Positions 36,387 to 45,600 of a stretch of DNA of 47,761 bases are shown here, in pieces. A program made the position numbers and the translations under genes. Numbering within the stretch: the stretch's first letter is position 1; the number at the start of each line of letters is the position of its first letter. The DNA comes from Granulicella sp. (GTDB lineage: Bacteria > Acidobacteriota > Terriglobia > Terriglobales > Acidobacteriaceae), in assembly GCA_025359825.1 (NCBI GenBank), contig JANYER010000161.1, positions 1 to 47,761 on the forward strand, written 5' to 3'. Below the pieces are notes generated by a model. It made no database searches and had not been told where the DNA came from. It saw nothing but the letters and a program-made list of their open reading frames with translations.

Positions 36387-36986
36387 ATGGCATCCGTTCT
36401 TCCTAACTCCCTTACGATCACCAAGCCCTCTGACTCCCTCGCCAACTCAATTCCCGGCAAGCTGACGCTCATCGTCGCCGCCACCGGCCTGGTCGCCATC
36501 TGCGCGCACGTTTCCCTGCCGCTCCCCTTCACTGCAGTCCCCCTGACCCTCCAGACGTTCGCTGTAATCCTCGTCGGCATGGTGCTCGGTCCGGTCGCCG
36601 GCTTCTCAGCAATGGTGCTCTACCTCGCAGAAGGCGCAGCCGGACTTCCCGTATTCAGCCCCCACGGCCTCGGCGGAGTCGCTCAACTCATGGGACCCAC
36701 CGCCGGATACCTCTTCTCCTACCCGCTCGTCGCAGCCTGCGCCGGACTCTTCAGCCGCACCATCCGCCTGTCTTCCACGAGCTTTCGGAATGGCCTCATT
36801 GCAGGCACCATTGCCAGCCTTCCTATTTTCATCATGGGAGCAGCATGGATGGCCCATCTCCTCCACCTCAGCACCGCGGCCGCCTGGAACCTCGGCATCG
36901 CGCCGTTCCTCATCGGAGAGGTCGTCAAGGTCACCGCAGCTGCCGGAATCTTCAGCAGTCTCCAGCGCTGGCGCAAGTCCAACTAG
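36387..36986 (+). CDS. bioY: Biotin transporter BioY
   Basis: PFTAVPLTLQTFAV, YLAEGAAGLPVF, GPTAGYL, PFLIGEVVK. Confidence 0.93.
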   Translation: MASVLPNSLTITKPSDSLANSIPGKLTLIVAATGLVAICAHVSLPLPFTAVPLTLQTFAVILVGMVLGPVAGFSAMVLYLAEGAAGLPVFSPHGLGGVAQLMGPTAGYLFSYPLVAACAGLFSRTIRLSSTSFRNGLIAGTIASLPIFIMGAAWMAHLLHLSTAAAWNLGIAPFLIGEVVKVTAAAGIFSSLQRWRKSN

Positions 36987-37139
36987 TTAGCCAGCCAACC
37001 TCCCATTGGCACAATGTTGAAGTCCTGCATCGAATCTGCGATTCTCTGGGTCTTCAGCATCTCTCCGCGCATCCTACCTATTGAGCAAAGCAGCATAAAG
37101 CAGTATTGAGCACCGCGTACGAAGAGAGAAGAACGAACC

Positions 37140-37997
37140 ATGTCTACCGCCCTCCCCGCCATCCAGGAAATCAGCATCGCCCACAGCCCCGACTCCGACG
37201 ACGCCTTTATGTTCTACGGCCTCGCGACCAACAAGGTCCGCGTCCCCGGCTTCAAGTTCACCCACACTCTCACCGACATCGAGACCCTCAACCACAAGGC
37301 AATCGACGAGGCCTTCTACGACGTCACCGCCATCTCCTTCCACGCCTACCCCTACCTGCAGGACAACTACACCATCATGTCCTGCGGCGGCAGCATGGGT
37401 GACGGCTACGGCCCCATGATCGTCGCACCCCGCAAAATCACCCTCGACGAGGTCAAGAAGACCCGCATCGCCGTCCCCGGAACCCTCACCTCCGCGTATC
37501 TCACGCTCAAGCTCTTCGCGCCGGACGTTGAGACCGTCACCCTGCCGTTCGACAAGATTATCCCCGCCGTCTTAGCAGGCGAGTTCGACGCGGGCCTCAT
37601 CATCCACGAAGGCCAGCTCACCTACGCCAACGACGGCCTGGTCAAGCTCCTCGACCTCGGCCAGTGGTGGGCCAGCCAGACCGACGGCCTCCCCCTCCCT
37701 CTCGGCTGCAACGCCATCCGCCGCTCGCTCGGGCCGGAGACCATGCTCACCACCACCAACGCCCTGCGCGACTCTATCCAGCACGCTCTCGATAACCGTA
37801 ACGAAGGCCTCGCCTACGCGATGCAATTCGCCCGCGACCTCGACACCACACTCGCCAATCGCTTCGTAGGAATGTACGTCAACGAGCGCACCCTGGACTT
37901 CGGCGAAGACGGCAAAATTGCCATCCGCAAGCTCCTCGACATGGGCTTCGAGCGCGGCATCATCCCTCACAAAGCCAAGGTAGACTTCGTCGGCTAA
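37140..37997 (+). CDS. mqnD: 1,4-dihydroxy-6-naphthoate synthase (futalosine pathway)
   Basis: AHSPDSDDAFMFY, DIETLN, GYGP, AVPGTLTSA, IIHEGQLTY, LPLPLG, MYVN. Confidence 0.85.
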   Translation: MSTALPAIQEISIAHSPDSDDAFMFYGLATNKVRVPGFKFTHTLTDIETLNHKAIDEAFYDVTAISFHAYPYLQDNYTIMSCGGSMGDGYGPMIVAPRKITLDEVKKTRIAVPGTLTSAYLTLKLFAPDVETVTLPFDKIIPAVLAGEFDAGLIIHEGQLTYANDGLVKLLDLGQWWASQTDGLPLPLGCNAIRRSLGPETMLTTTNALRDSIQHALDNRNEGLAYAMQFARDLDTTLANRFVGMYVNERTLDFGEDGKIAIRKLLDMGFERGIIPHKAKVDFVG

Positions 37998-38034
37998 ACC
38001 TCCACGGCAAATTCGACGCGTATACAGTTGAAGT

Positions 38035-38079
38035 TGTCACCCTCCCCCCCAGCGAAGCCGAGGGGAACAGCCTGCTTTT
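38035..38079. repeat. Degenerate REP-like element (TGTCA..AGCGAAGC..CTGCTTT type)
   Basis: tgtcaccc-tccccccc-agcgaagc-cgagggga..cctgctttt; imperfect hairpin, single copy in this window. Confidence 0.4.
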
Positions 38080-38123
38080 CTTCAAATCCTTGTTCTTCAA
38101 TTCGAGAGATACGGAAGTCCCAC

Positions 38124-38744
38124 ATGAAGCAAAAGCTTGACCTCACAATCTGGCCAAGACGCGCCCACTACGAGTTTTTCCGCACCTTCGAAGAGCCTTA
38201 CTATGGTGTCTGTGTCCCCCTCGACAGCACCGCTGCCTATCGCTTCGCCAAGCGCAACGGCATCTCTTTCTTCCACTACTGTCTCTACAACACATCCACT
38301 GCCGCCCTCGCAATCGAGCCATTCCGCCTAAGAATCGAAAACGACGAAGTCATACTCTACGACCGCAGCGACGCCGGCTGCACTATCCCTCGCCCCAACG
38401 GGACTTTCGGCTTCGGCCACATTCCCTACGATCCTGACCTAACCGTCTTCCTCCACAACGCCGCGTTAGAAACCGCACGCGTATCCAGCAGAGAAGATCT
38501 TGAACGCCCTACCGCCAACAACCTTATCCGTCACTCCGCGCTTCCCTGGATCAACTTCACCTCCCTCTCTCATGCCCGGCGCTTCTCCGTCGGCGACACC
38601 TGCCCATGGATCTCATTCGGTAAGCTCACCGAGAGCGACACCATCCGCACTATGCCACTTTCCATTCACGTGCACCATGCCCTCGTCGATGGTCTTGACT
38701 TAGGCCAATTCATTGCCCACTTCCAGGAACTCATGAACGCATGA
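38124..38744 (+). CDS. CatA-like (type A chloramphenicol acetyltransferase family) O-acetyltransferase
   Basis: W.RRAHYEFF, SALPWINFTS, ISFGK, and catalytic MPLSIHVHHALVDG. ATG at 38124. Confidence 0.88.
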   Translation: MKQKLDLTIWPRRAHYEFFRTFEEPYYGVCVPLDSTAAYRFAKRNGISFFHYCLYNTSTAALAIEPFRLRIENDEVILYDRSDAGCTIPRPNGTFGFGHIPYDPDLTVFLHNAALETARVSSREDLERPTANNLIRHSALPWINFTSLSHARRFSVGDTCPWISFGKLTESDTIRTMPLSIHVHHALVDGLDLGQFIAHFQELMNA

Positions 38745-38916
38745 GCACCACATCCCGCATCGAATCAGGCACAGCCATCCTTCGCTGTAAACTGAAGTTA
38801 TCGGCCTCTTATCGCTTCGCAGTTTGTGATATTCTAGTTCAGTAGATGATGACAGCCCGCACCACCCAAACGGAAACAGGCTCTCAATAGACCCCTCTCT
38901 ACCCGAGAGGTAAAAT

Positions 38917-38992
38917 GGACGCGTAGCTCAGTTGGTAGAGCATTCGACTCTTAATCGACTGGTCGTAGGTTCGATCCCTACCGCGTCCACCA
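38917..38992 (+). tRNA. tRNA-Lys (anticodon CTT)
   Basis: Acceptor ggacgcg/cgcgtcc, D-arm gctc..gagc, loop ctcttaa, T-loop ttcgatc, encoded CCA; 76 nt. Confidence 0.96.
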
Positions 38993-39064
38993 CTTCCCCT
39001 CTTATAAATCAAACACAGGCGGCAAATTGCTTTGCCATATCCGTCTGCTTTGCAGAAGGTATTT

Positions 39065-39670
39065 CTAAAAATGAAATACCAGGCCAGTGCTGACATGCAG
39101 AAGATTCTGGCGGTTGTTGATGCCATTCCCGAAGGTCGTCACGAGGTAGTCCGCTTCAAATAGCCGGAGTGACACACGATGATTGATAGGAAGATCCAGC
39201 CCACCCCCAAGGCTGGCTGCAAAGGCATTCGAAGAGCTCGCGGCCTGGCCTTGCACCAGTGATCCGCTGGCATGAGCAAGCCCCACCAGGACCTGTCCAA
39301 ATGGCTGATAGCGGGACGGCTTAAGCGCGGGTGAATAGCGAGCTCCGCCGGTGAACGAACTCAATGTGAGGCTGGTGTTGGAACTGCCGATGTTGTTGGC
39401 ATGGGATGCCGTGACATTACCGACGAGCGCGACGCCACGGATCGCAGTTGGCCATGCAAACTCTGCGCTGCCTCCGTTCAGGTTGAAGCATCCGCATCCT
39501 CCTGGCGGCGCATTGCTGCGCAGGTAGGAATATTCGAATGCCAGCTCCGGGCGCGTGCTCCAGCCTGAATGATCCGGCGAAGACTGGGCTTGCGCTGCGG
39601 CACCCCAGGCTACGACGGCGATCACGAGCAGTACAGTCCCACCAGTCCAGATGCTTCGCTTCGTGCGCAT
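39065..39670 (-). CDS. Small (about 8-stranded) outer-membrane beta-barrel protein
   Basis: Signal peptide ending AQA; amphipathic strands (QPFGQVLVG, ASLGGGLDL); C-terminal VSTGLVFHF with terminal Phe; AGGGG SD. Confidence 0.88.
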   Translation of the reverse strand: MRTKRSIWTGGTVLLVIAVVAWGAAAQAQSSPDHSGWSTRPELAFEYSYLRSNAPPGGCGCFNLNGGSAEFAWPTAIRGVALVGNVTASHANNIGSSNTSLTLSSFTGGARYSPALKPSRYQPFGQVLVGLAHASGSLVQGQAASSSNAFAASLGGGLDLPINHRVSLRLFEADYLVTTFGNGINNRQNLLHVSTGLVFHF

Positions 39671-39682
39671 GGAATCCCCTTT

Positions 39683-42600
39683 TTACTGAACGATCAACGT
39701 CACATTTGTGGTCTGTTGGGTGGCACCGCTGGTTCCGTTGACTGTAATGTTGTAAGTCGCGGCCGCCGAACCAGCAGAGCCGAAACCGCCTCCGCATCCG
39801 GTGATTGTGGTGAGCGCACCCAGAGAGGCAAACAACAGCAACGTCAGCGTGATCCAGCGATAGCGAGCGCGCGGTACGATCAGCAGGCCGATGAAGGCAA
39901 GAGTAGGCATCGCGAGTCGCCACTGGATCAGCTCAGCTGAAGCTCGGGCCGTCTGAATGGTCAGTGTTGAAGTTGCGGGCGAGCTGCCTGGCGTAACTGT
40001 TGCAGGGGTGAAGGTGGCGGTGGCACCGGTCGGCAGTCCACTGGCGGAGAGGGTGACGATATTGGGGTACGCCCCGTTCACCGGCGTTATCGAGATTGCG
40101 AACGTCGCTGCTCCACCCCTTACGACCGTCTGCGACGCGTTGGGCGAGCTCAGCGTGAAGCTGGGAGCCACTGTCCCCGTAGCACTCAGCGCGACGACGT
40201 GAGGTGAGCCGGCGGCACTGTCGGCGACGGTCAGTGTGGCCGCGAAGCTCGTAGCCGACGACGCTGTAAAGGTAACCGAAAGCGTGCAACTCGCACCCGC
40301 TGCCAGAGAGCTGCCACAGGTATTGGTCTGCGCGAAACTGGTCGGGTTGGTGCCTACGAGGGTGATGCCGGTGATTGTCAGGGAAGCGTTGCCGGTGTTT
40401 GTCAAAGTGGCCGTTTGTGCGGCGCTCGTCGTGCCGGCAACCGCGGTGAAGCTGAGTGATGGCGGCGTCAGGCTGACCGCAGCCAAAGCTGCGACAAAAT
40501 TGGCGGTGACGCTTGCAGGCGCGCTCATGGTGACTGTGGTTGAGGCATTGTTGGCGCTTGCGACGCCGCCAGTCCAACTGGTGAAGTTGTAGCCTGAGTT
40601 CGGCGATGCCGTGAGATTGACAACAGTACCAGCTGCGTAGAATGTACCGGATGCCGGGGCCACCGAACCACCCGCCGAAGGACTAGTAGCCGTGGTCAAC
40701 TGATACGCCGTGTTGAAGGCAGCTGTGAGACTCGCTGCGCTCGCCGGGGCGGTGACGGGGTGGGAGATCGCTCCGCCGTCGGACCAGGAGGCGAATGTGT
40801 TCTGCGTCCCGCCCGAGGTCTGTGGCGAAGTAGTCGCCAGCGTATGGGTTGAACCGACGCTCCACGTCAAAGTCTGAGGACTGCTGAAGGATGTTCCATC
40901 CACGCTGAATGAGAGGCCTGCAGAAGTCGTACCCACCACGACTTGAACCCTCAGCGCAGTGACTGTAACAGTAAGCGCAGAGGAGCTACTCGCAGTATCG
41001 TTTGAATCGCCCTGATAGGCTGCTGTGATCGAGTGCTGTCCAACACTTAGCGTGGTGGTCGAATAGGTAGCCGTTCCACCTGCGTTCAGCGTGAGGGTGG
41101 CAAGAGGCGACGAGCCATCCGCAAGCAGGACCTGGCCGGTAGGCACCGCTGTACCCGAGGCCGGTGTAACTGTTGCGGTAAAGGTAACGTTGGCCCCCGA
41201 GGCGACCGAGGTCACGCTGGACTGCAGCAGCGTAGCAGTGGCGACCTGCGGCGCAGCTACGGTGACCATGGCGTTACCTGCAGCGTTGTTGAAGGTGAGA
41301 CTGCTGGCGTTGTCTGGCGTGTAGGTCGCGGTAAGGGTGTCACTCCCGGCGGCGAGAGCGCCCGCTGGGATCGAGAGCGTAACGCTGCCTTGCGCCAATA
41401 CCGCCGCAACAGAGGTATAACTGCCGCTGCTAAGGACAATGGCCCCGGTTGGACTGGACTTCCCGCCACCTGTAGCCACCTTCAGTGTGACCACGAGCGA
41501 CTGCGTCGTTTGGATAGTAAATGCCGCCGGAGTGACCGTAATCGCCGGAGTAATCTTCAACGCCGCTTCCACCGAAACCTGGCTGGTGCCACTGGCGCTC
41601 TTGTAGTTCGGCTGGGCCTGAGAATCGGGCGTGTAGTAGGCAGTAAGTGTATTCGCACCCGCGGGCAGATAGCCGGCGGGAATTGTGATTGTGGTGCTGC
41701 CATTGATAAGCCCCATCGCAAGCGAGGCAAAGTTACCTCCGGAAAGAGTCACCGACCCGCTCGGCGTTGGCCTCGTGCCTCCGCCCCCGCTGACTGCGAT
41801 ACTCACCACAAGGCTCTGCTGCGTGTTGACTGAAAACACCGCTGGCGTCACGGTGACGGTGGGGTTGTTCGGATTGATGACGAGCACAGTAACAGATGCG
41901 CTACCAGCTCCGACGCCGTACGTCGTCGATGCAGTTGTGTCCGGCGTGTAGATCGCATTCAGCGTTGTGCTACCCGCGGCGAGAATGCCGGCAGGAATGG
42001 TGAAGACTGCACTTCCGCCATTCAAGCTCACCGTGGCAGAGGTGTAATTGCCGCCGATCAGCGTCACCGTGCCGGTGGGCGTCGGGCTGCCCGCTTTGCC
42101 CGCTACCGTCACGTTGACCGCATCGCTATCCGCAGTGGTGATACTGGTGGAACTTGGTGTAACCGTCACAGTCGGAGCAGATGTCGCCGCCGTAGTGAAG
42201 GCAGTTCCCGACAGTGCGAACTGCTGCGTGGAGCCACTGGCATTGAGCGTATTGTCGGTCAGGGTGAGCGTGCCGGTCAGTGCGCCGGTGCCGTTCGGCG
42301 TAAACAGAACGCCCACCGTGCAGCTCGCGCCCACTGCGATCGGGGCCGAGACGGAGCATGTCGTCGCGTTCGCATCGAGACTGAAGTTTGTGTTCGAAAG
42401 TGCTAGCCCGCTGATAACCAGCGGCTGATTGCCATTGTTCTTTACGGTTGCGGTCAGCGTGCCATCCGTGGTGTCTGTGGTCCCGATCTTCGTTTGCGTG
42501 GGGAAGAGAAATGCCGGCGCATCGGCAAAGTTGAGCTTCACCAGTTGATTGGTGAGACCCACATTAGACGTCGGAACGTTCGCTGAGCTGGTAGCAATGT

Positions 42601-45600
42601 AGACATTCCCCAGTGCGTCGAGGGTAAGCTCTTCGGGAGTGATGCCGGTGGACCCAAACGATGCCAGGGTCAACACCTGCGTATACCCGCTCGAAGCAAC
42701 AATTTCCTTGATCGCATTGTTACCACTGTCGGCGACGTAGATGTTGCCATAGGCGTCCACTGCTACACCACGAGGAGCATTAAAGCCGCTGCCGACGAGG
42801 CGGCTGATCGTGTAGCTGCTGGAAGCGAGCACCTCCTTAATAGCGTTATTGCCGGTGTCGGTCACGAAGTAGTTGTTCTGCGGATCGATGGCAAGGCTCG
42901 GCGTTTCGCCGCTGAAATCGAAGGATCGGGTCTGGCTCGTCTGGCCCGCGCCTAGATTTTGGTAGCAACTCTGCAGGATGCCACTACCCACAAGGGCAGC
43001 GTCGCCTGAGCCATCGACAACCGTTCTCTGGAAGTAGGTCGCGAACGATGGAACGTCCGTACATTGGGTCTGGAAGAACGTCCCGATCGTCGGCAGAATG
43101 GCAGGATACGGGAGTGCTGAGTTGTTGATCCACAACACGCCGGCTCCATCCAGTGTCAGGCCAATCGGAACAACGAGTGCAGCCGAAGTAGACTGCATCC
43201 CATTTCGGTCCGTGGCCACCAGGGTGCTGCAGGTTGGCCCTGTGCAACCTGCAGGAAACTTCCAGATATCTCCATTGCTGACGATCACTGATTGATCTTT
43301 GCTTAGAATGCTGGAGTCGGCAGCGTACACATTGCCTGCGCCATCGACGGCAATATCGGTCACTGGAGCGTAGAGATTCTTACCCGAGTCGGCGTTGTTC
43401 TGCACGGGCAGAATGTTGTACGGCACAACTGAGTACGGGGTAAATGTGATCTGGGGCGAAGTCCCCGTGCCCTGAATATATGCCTCTCCAAGCCCATTAC
43501 CGGACGAATCCAGCAGCAGGATGCCGCCCTTGCGCTGGCCAGGAAATTTGGGCGTGAAGGTAGCCTTGAGCGTGCAAGTGGCGCCCCTCACAAGTGCCGT
43601 ACCGATGGCACAGGTTCCAGGATCGGTGACAGTGAAATCAAGCCCGGCGACGCCCATCGTCAAGGCATTGATCGTGGCGACCGCGCCCTGCGTACTTACA
43701 CCATTGTTAAGGATGTTGAAAGTAACGCTTTGCACTGCACTCGTTTGGCCGACGGGCACCAGGCCAAAGTCCACCGGATAGGCGCTAAAGGGTGTACTGA
43801 TGTCTGTCCACGCACGATTTGTCACCGGACTGAAGTTGCCCGAACCATCCTGCGCCTTCACTGCGAAGGTGTGCCGCTTGGTGACGATCTGGTAGTTGTT
43901 CGCAAACCCCGCCAGCCCCGAGTAGTTGACGCCGCTCGTACAAGTCGCAAAGGCTGCTCCATCCAGACTGCATTGAAAGCTGACGCCCGCCTGCGCATCG
44001 GTAAACGCGAATGTAGCCGTATCCTCATTGGTCAGGTAGGCCGGCGCAGCAGTAATGATGGGAGCCGGTGGCCCAATAGAATTCACCAGCCAGTTGTAGG
44101 TCGCTGCAGTACTCAGGTTCCCTGCCGAGTCTTTGGCCTTGACCTGGAAGGCATGCGCACCACCACTCAACGAGGAGTAGGTGGCAGGGCTGCTACAAGC
44201 AGCGAACGGCAACGCATCAATGCTGCAGACAAAGCTAATAGGCGTCTGCGTATCGCTGAAGGTAAACGTAGCCGAGGTCGTGTTGGTCGGATTCGTCGGA
44301 GTGCTCAGAATCACCGGAGTCGGCGACAGTGCCACAGCCAGAATCTGGATGACCTGCGTCCCCGGATTAAGGTTCAGATTATTGTCTGTCAGCGTAAGCG
44401 TGGCAGGAAGCGGGCCGGTCTTGGTGGGCTGAAAATCCACCGCGAGATAGCAGGAGCCTCCCACTACAAGCGGAGTGGACGTAGAGCAAGTCGTAAGACT
44501 GTCGAGCTTGAAGGAAGAGTCGGACAATACGATGGAACGGAAGGTCATCGGAGCCGTACCGTTATTCTGGATCGCAATCACCTGCGGCCCATCCTGTACG
44601 TCTGCGACGCCTTGCTGCGTCGCCGTGCGGAAGGTCATCGAAGGCGGATCAACGAAATCCAGCTTGGAGATGGTGCCCTTGATGACGTCATCGAGGTAGA
44701 CATTGCCCACTCCGTCCACCGCCACTCCTTCAGGAAACTGGACAAACGATGGAGAGCACAACCGGATCGCGACTGCATACCCGGAGGCCGCCGTAAATTC
44801 GTTGGCGCAGGAGTCGCCGTAGTCTGCTTCGTAGACATTGCCGCCGCCATCGATAGCCAGGCCGAAGGGCTTGCCGAATACACCAGCCGCAAGCGTCTTA
44901 ATCGTCTGGTAGCCGCCCGCCGCAGGAATCATCAGTAGTGATGTATTGATGGTGGAACAGGAACCGGGAATGAAGATCGTGCACTGGTCGCCACCCTCAG
45001 CGACAAACAGGTCACCTGCCGCATTGACGACAACGCTCCACGGCAAATCGAGCCCCGTGGCCAACGTCTTGATGGTCGTATAGCCTCCCGCGGCCACTAC
45101 TTCCTTGACTGCATTGTTGTAGGTATCGGCCACAAAGACATTGCCGTTCGAGTCCACGCTCAGGCCATACGGCTGATTGAAGCCAGACCCGATCGTTTGC
45201 ATGCAGCTGTACGACTTGCAGCCAACAGGAATCTTCTTGACGTCGCCATTGCCGATCTCAGCGACAAAGATGTTGCCGGCACCATCCACCGCGAGCGCGG
45301 ACGGCCCGTAGAAGGCCCGCAGCACCGTCACCACGCAGCTCGAGTTCGTGCATCCAGCAGGAATCTCCAGAATTGCTCCGGTCCCCAGATCGGCTTCAAA
45401 GACATTGCCGGCTCCGTCCACCGCCACGTTGGGATGGGAGAATCCATCACTCAGAGTGGTAATGCTGAAGGGATAGCCTGTTGATTGAATCCCGTTGTAG
45501 CTGTAGTAAACCTGCGTCTGAAAAGTAATCTGCGCGCCAATCCCGCTGCCATGGATGTAGGTCAGGGCCAGCGGCTGTCCGTTACTGTCCAGCGCCAGAA

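Noticed and set aside
37079-37112. Short repeats (tattgagca twice, aaagcag twice) upstream of mqnD as a riboswitch or operator
   Set aside because: Too short to distinguish from chance, and no recognisable aptamer or terminator.
38899-39126. 75-aa minus-strand ORF
   Set aside because: Antisense to tRNA-Lys and overlaps the beta-barrel gene end.
43730-44938. 402-aa + strand ORF and other + ORFs over the giant gene
   Set aside because: Arg-rich antisense shadows of the continuous minus-strand CDS.
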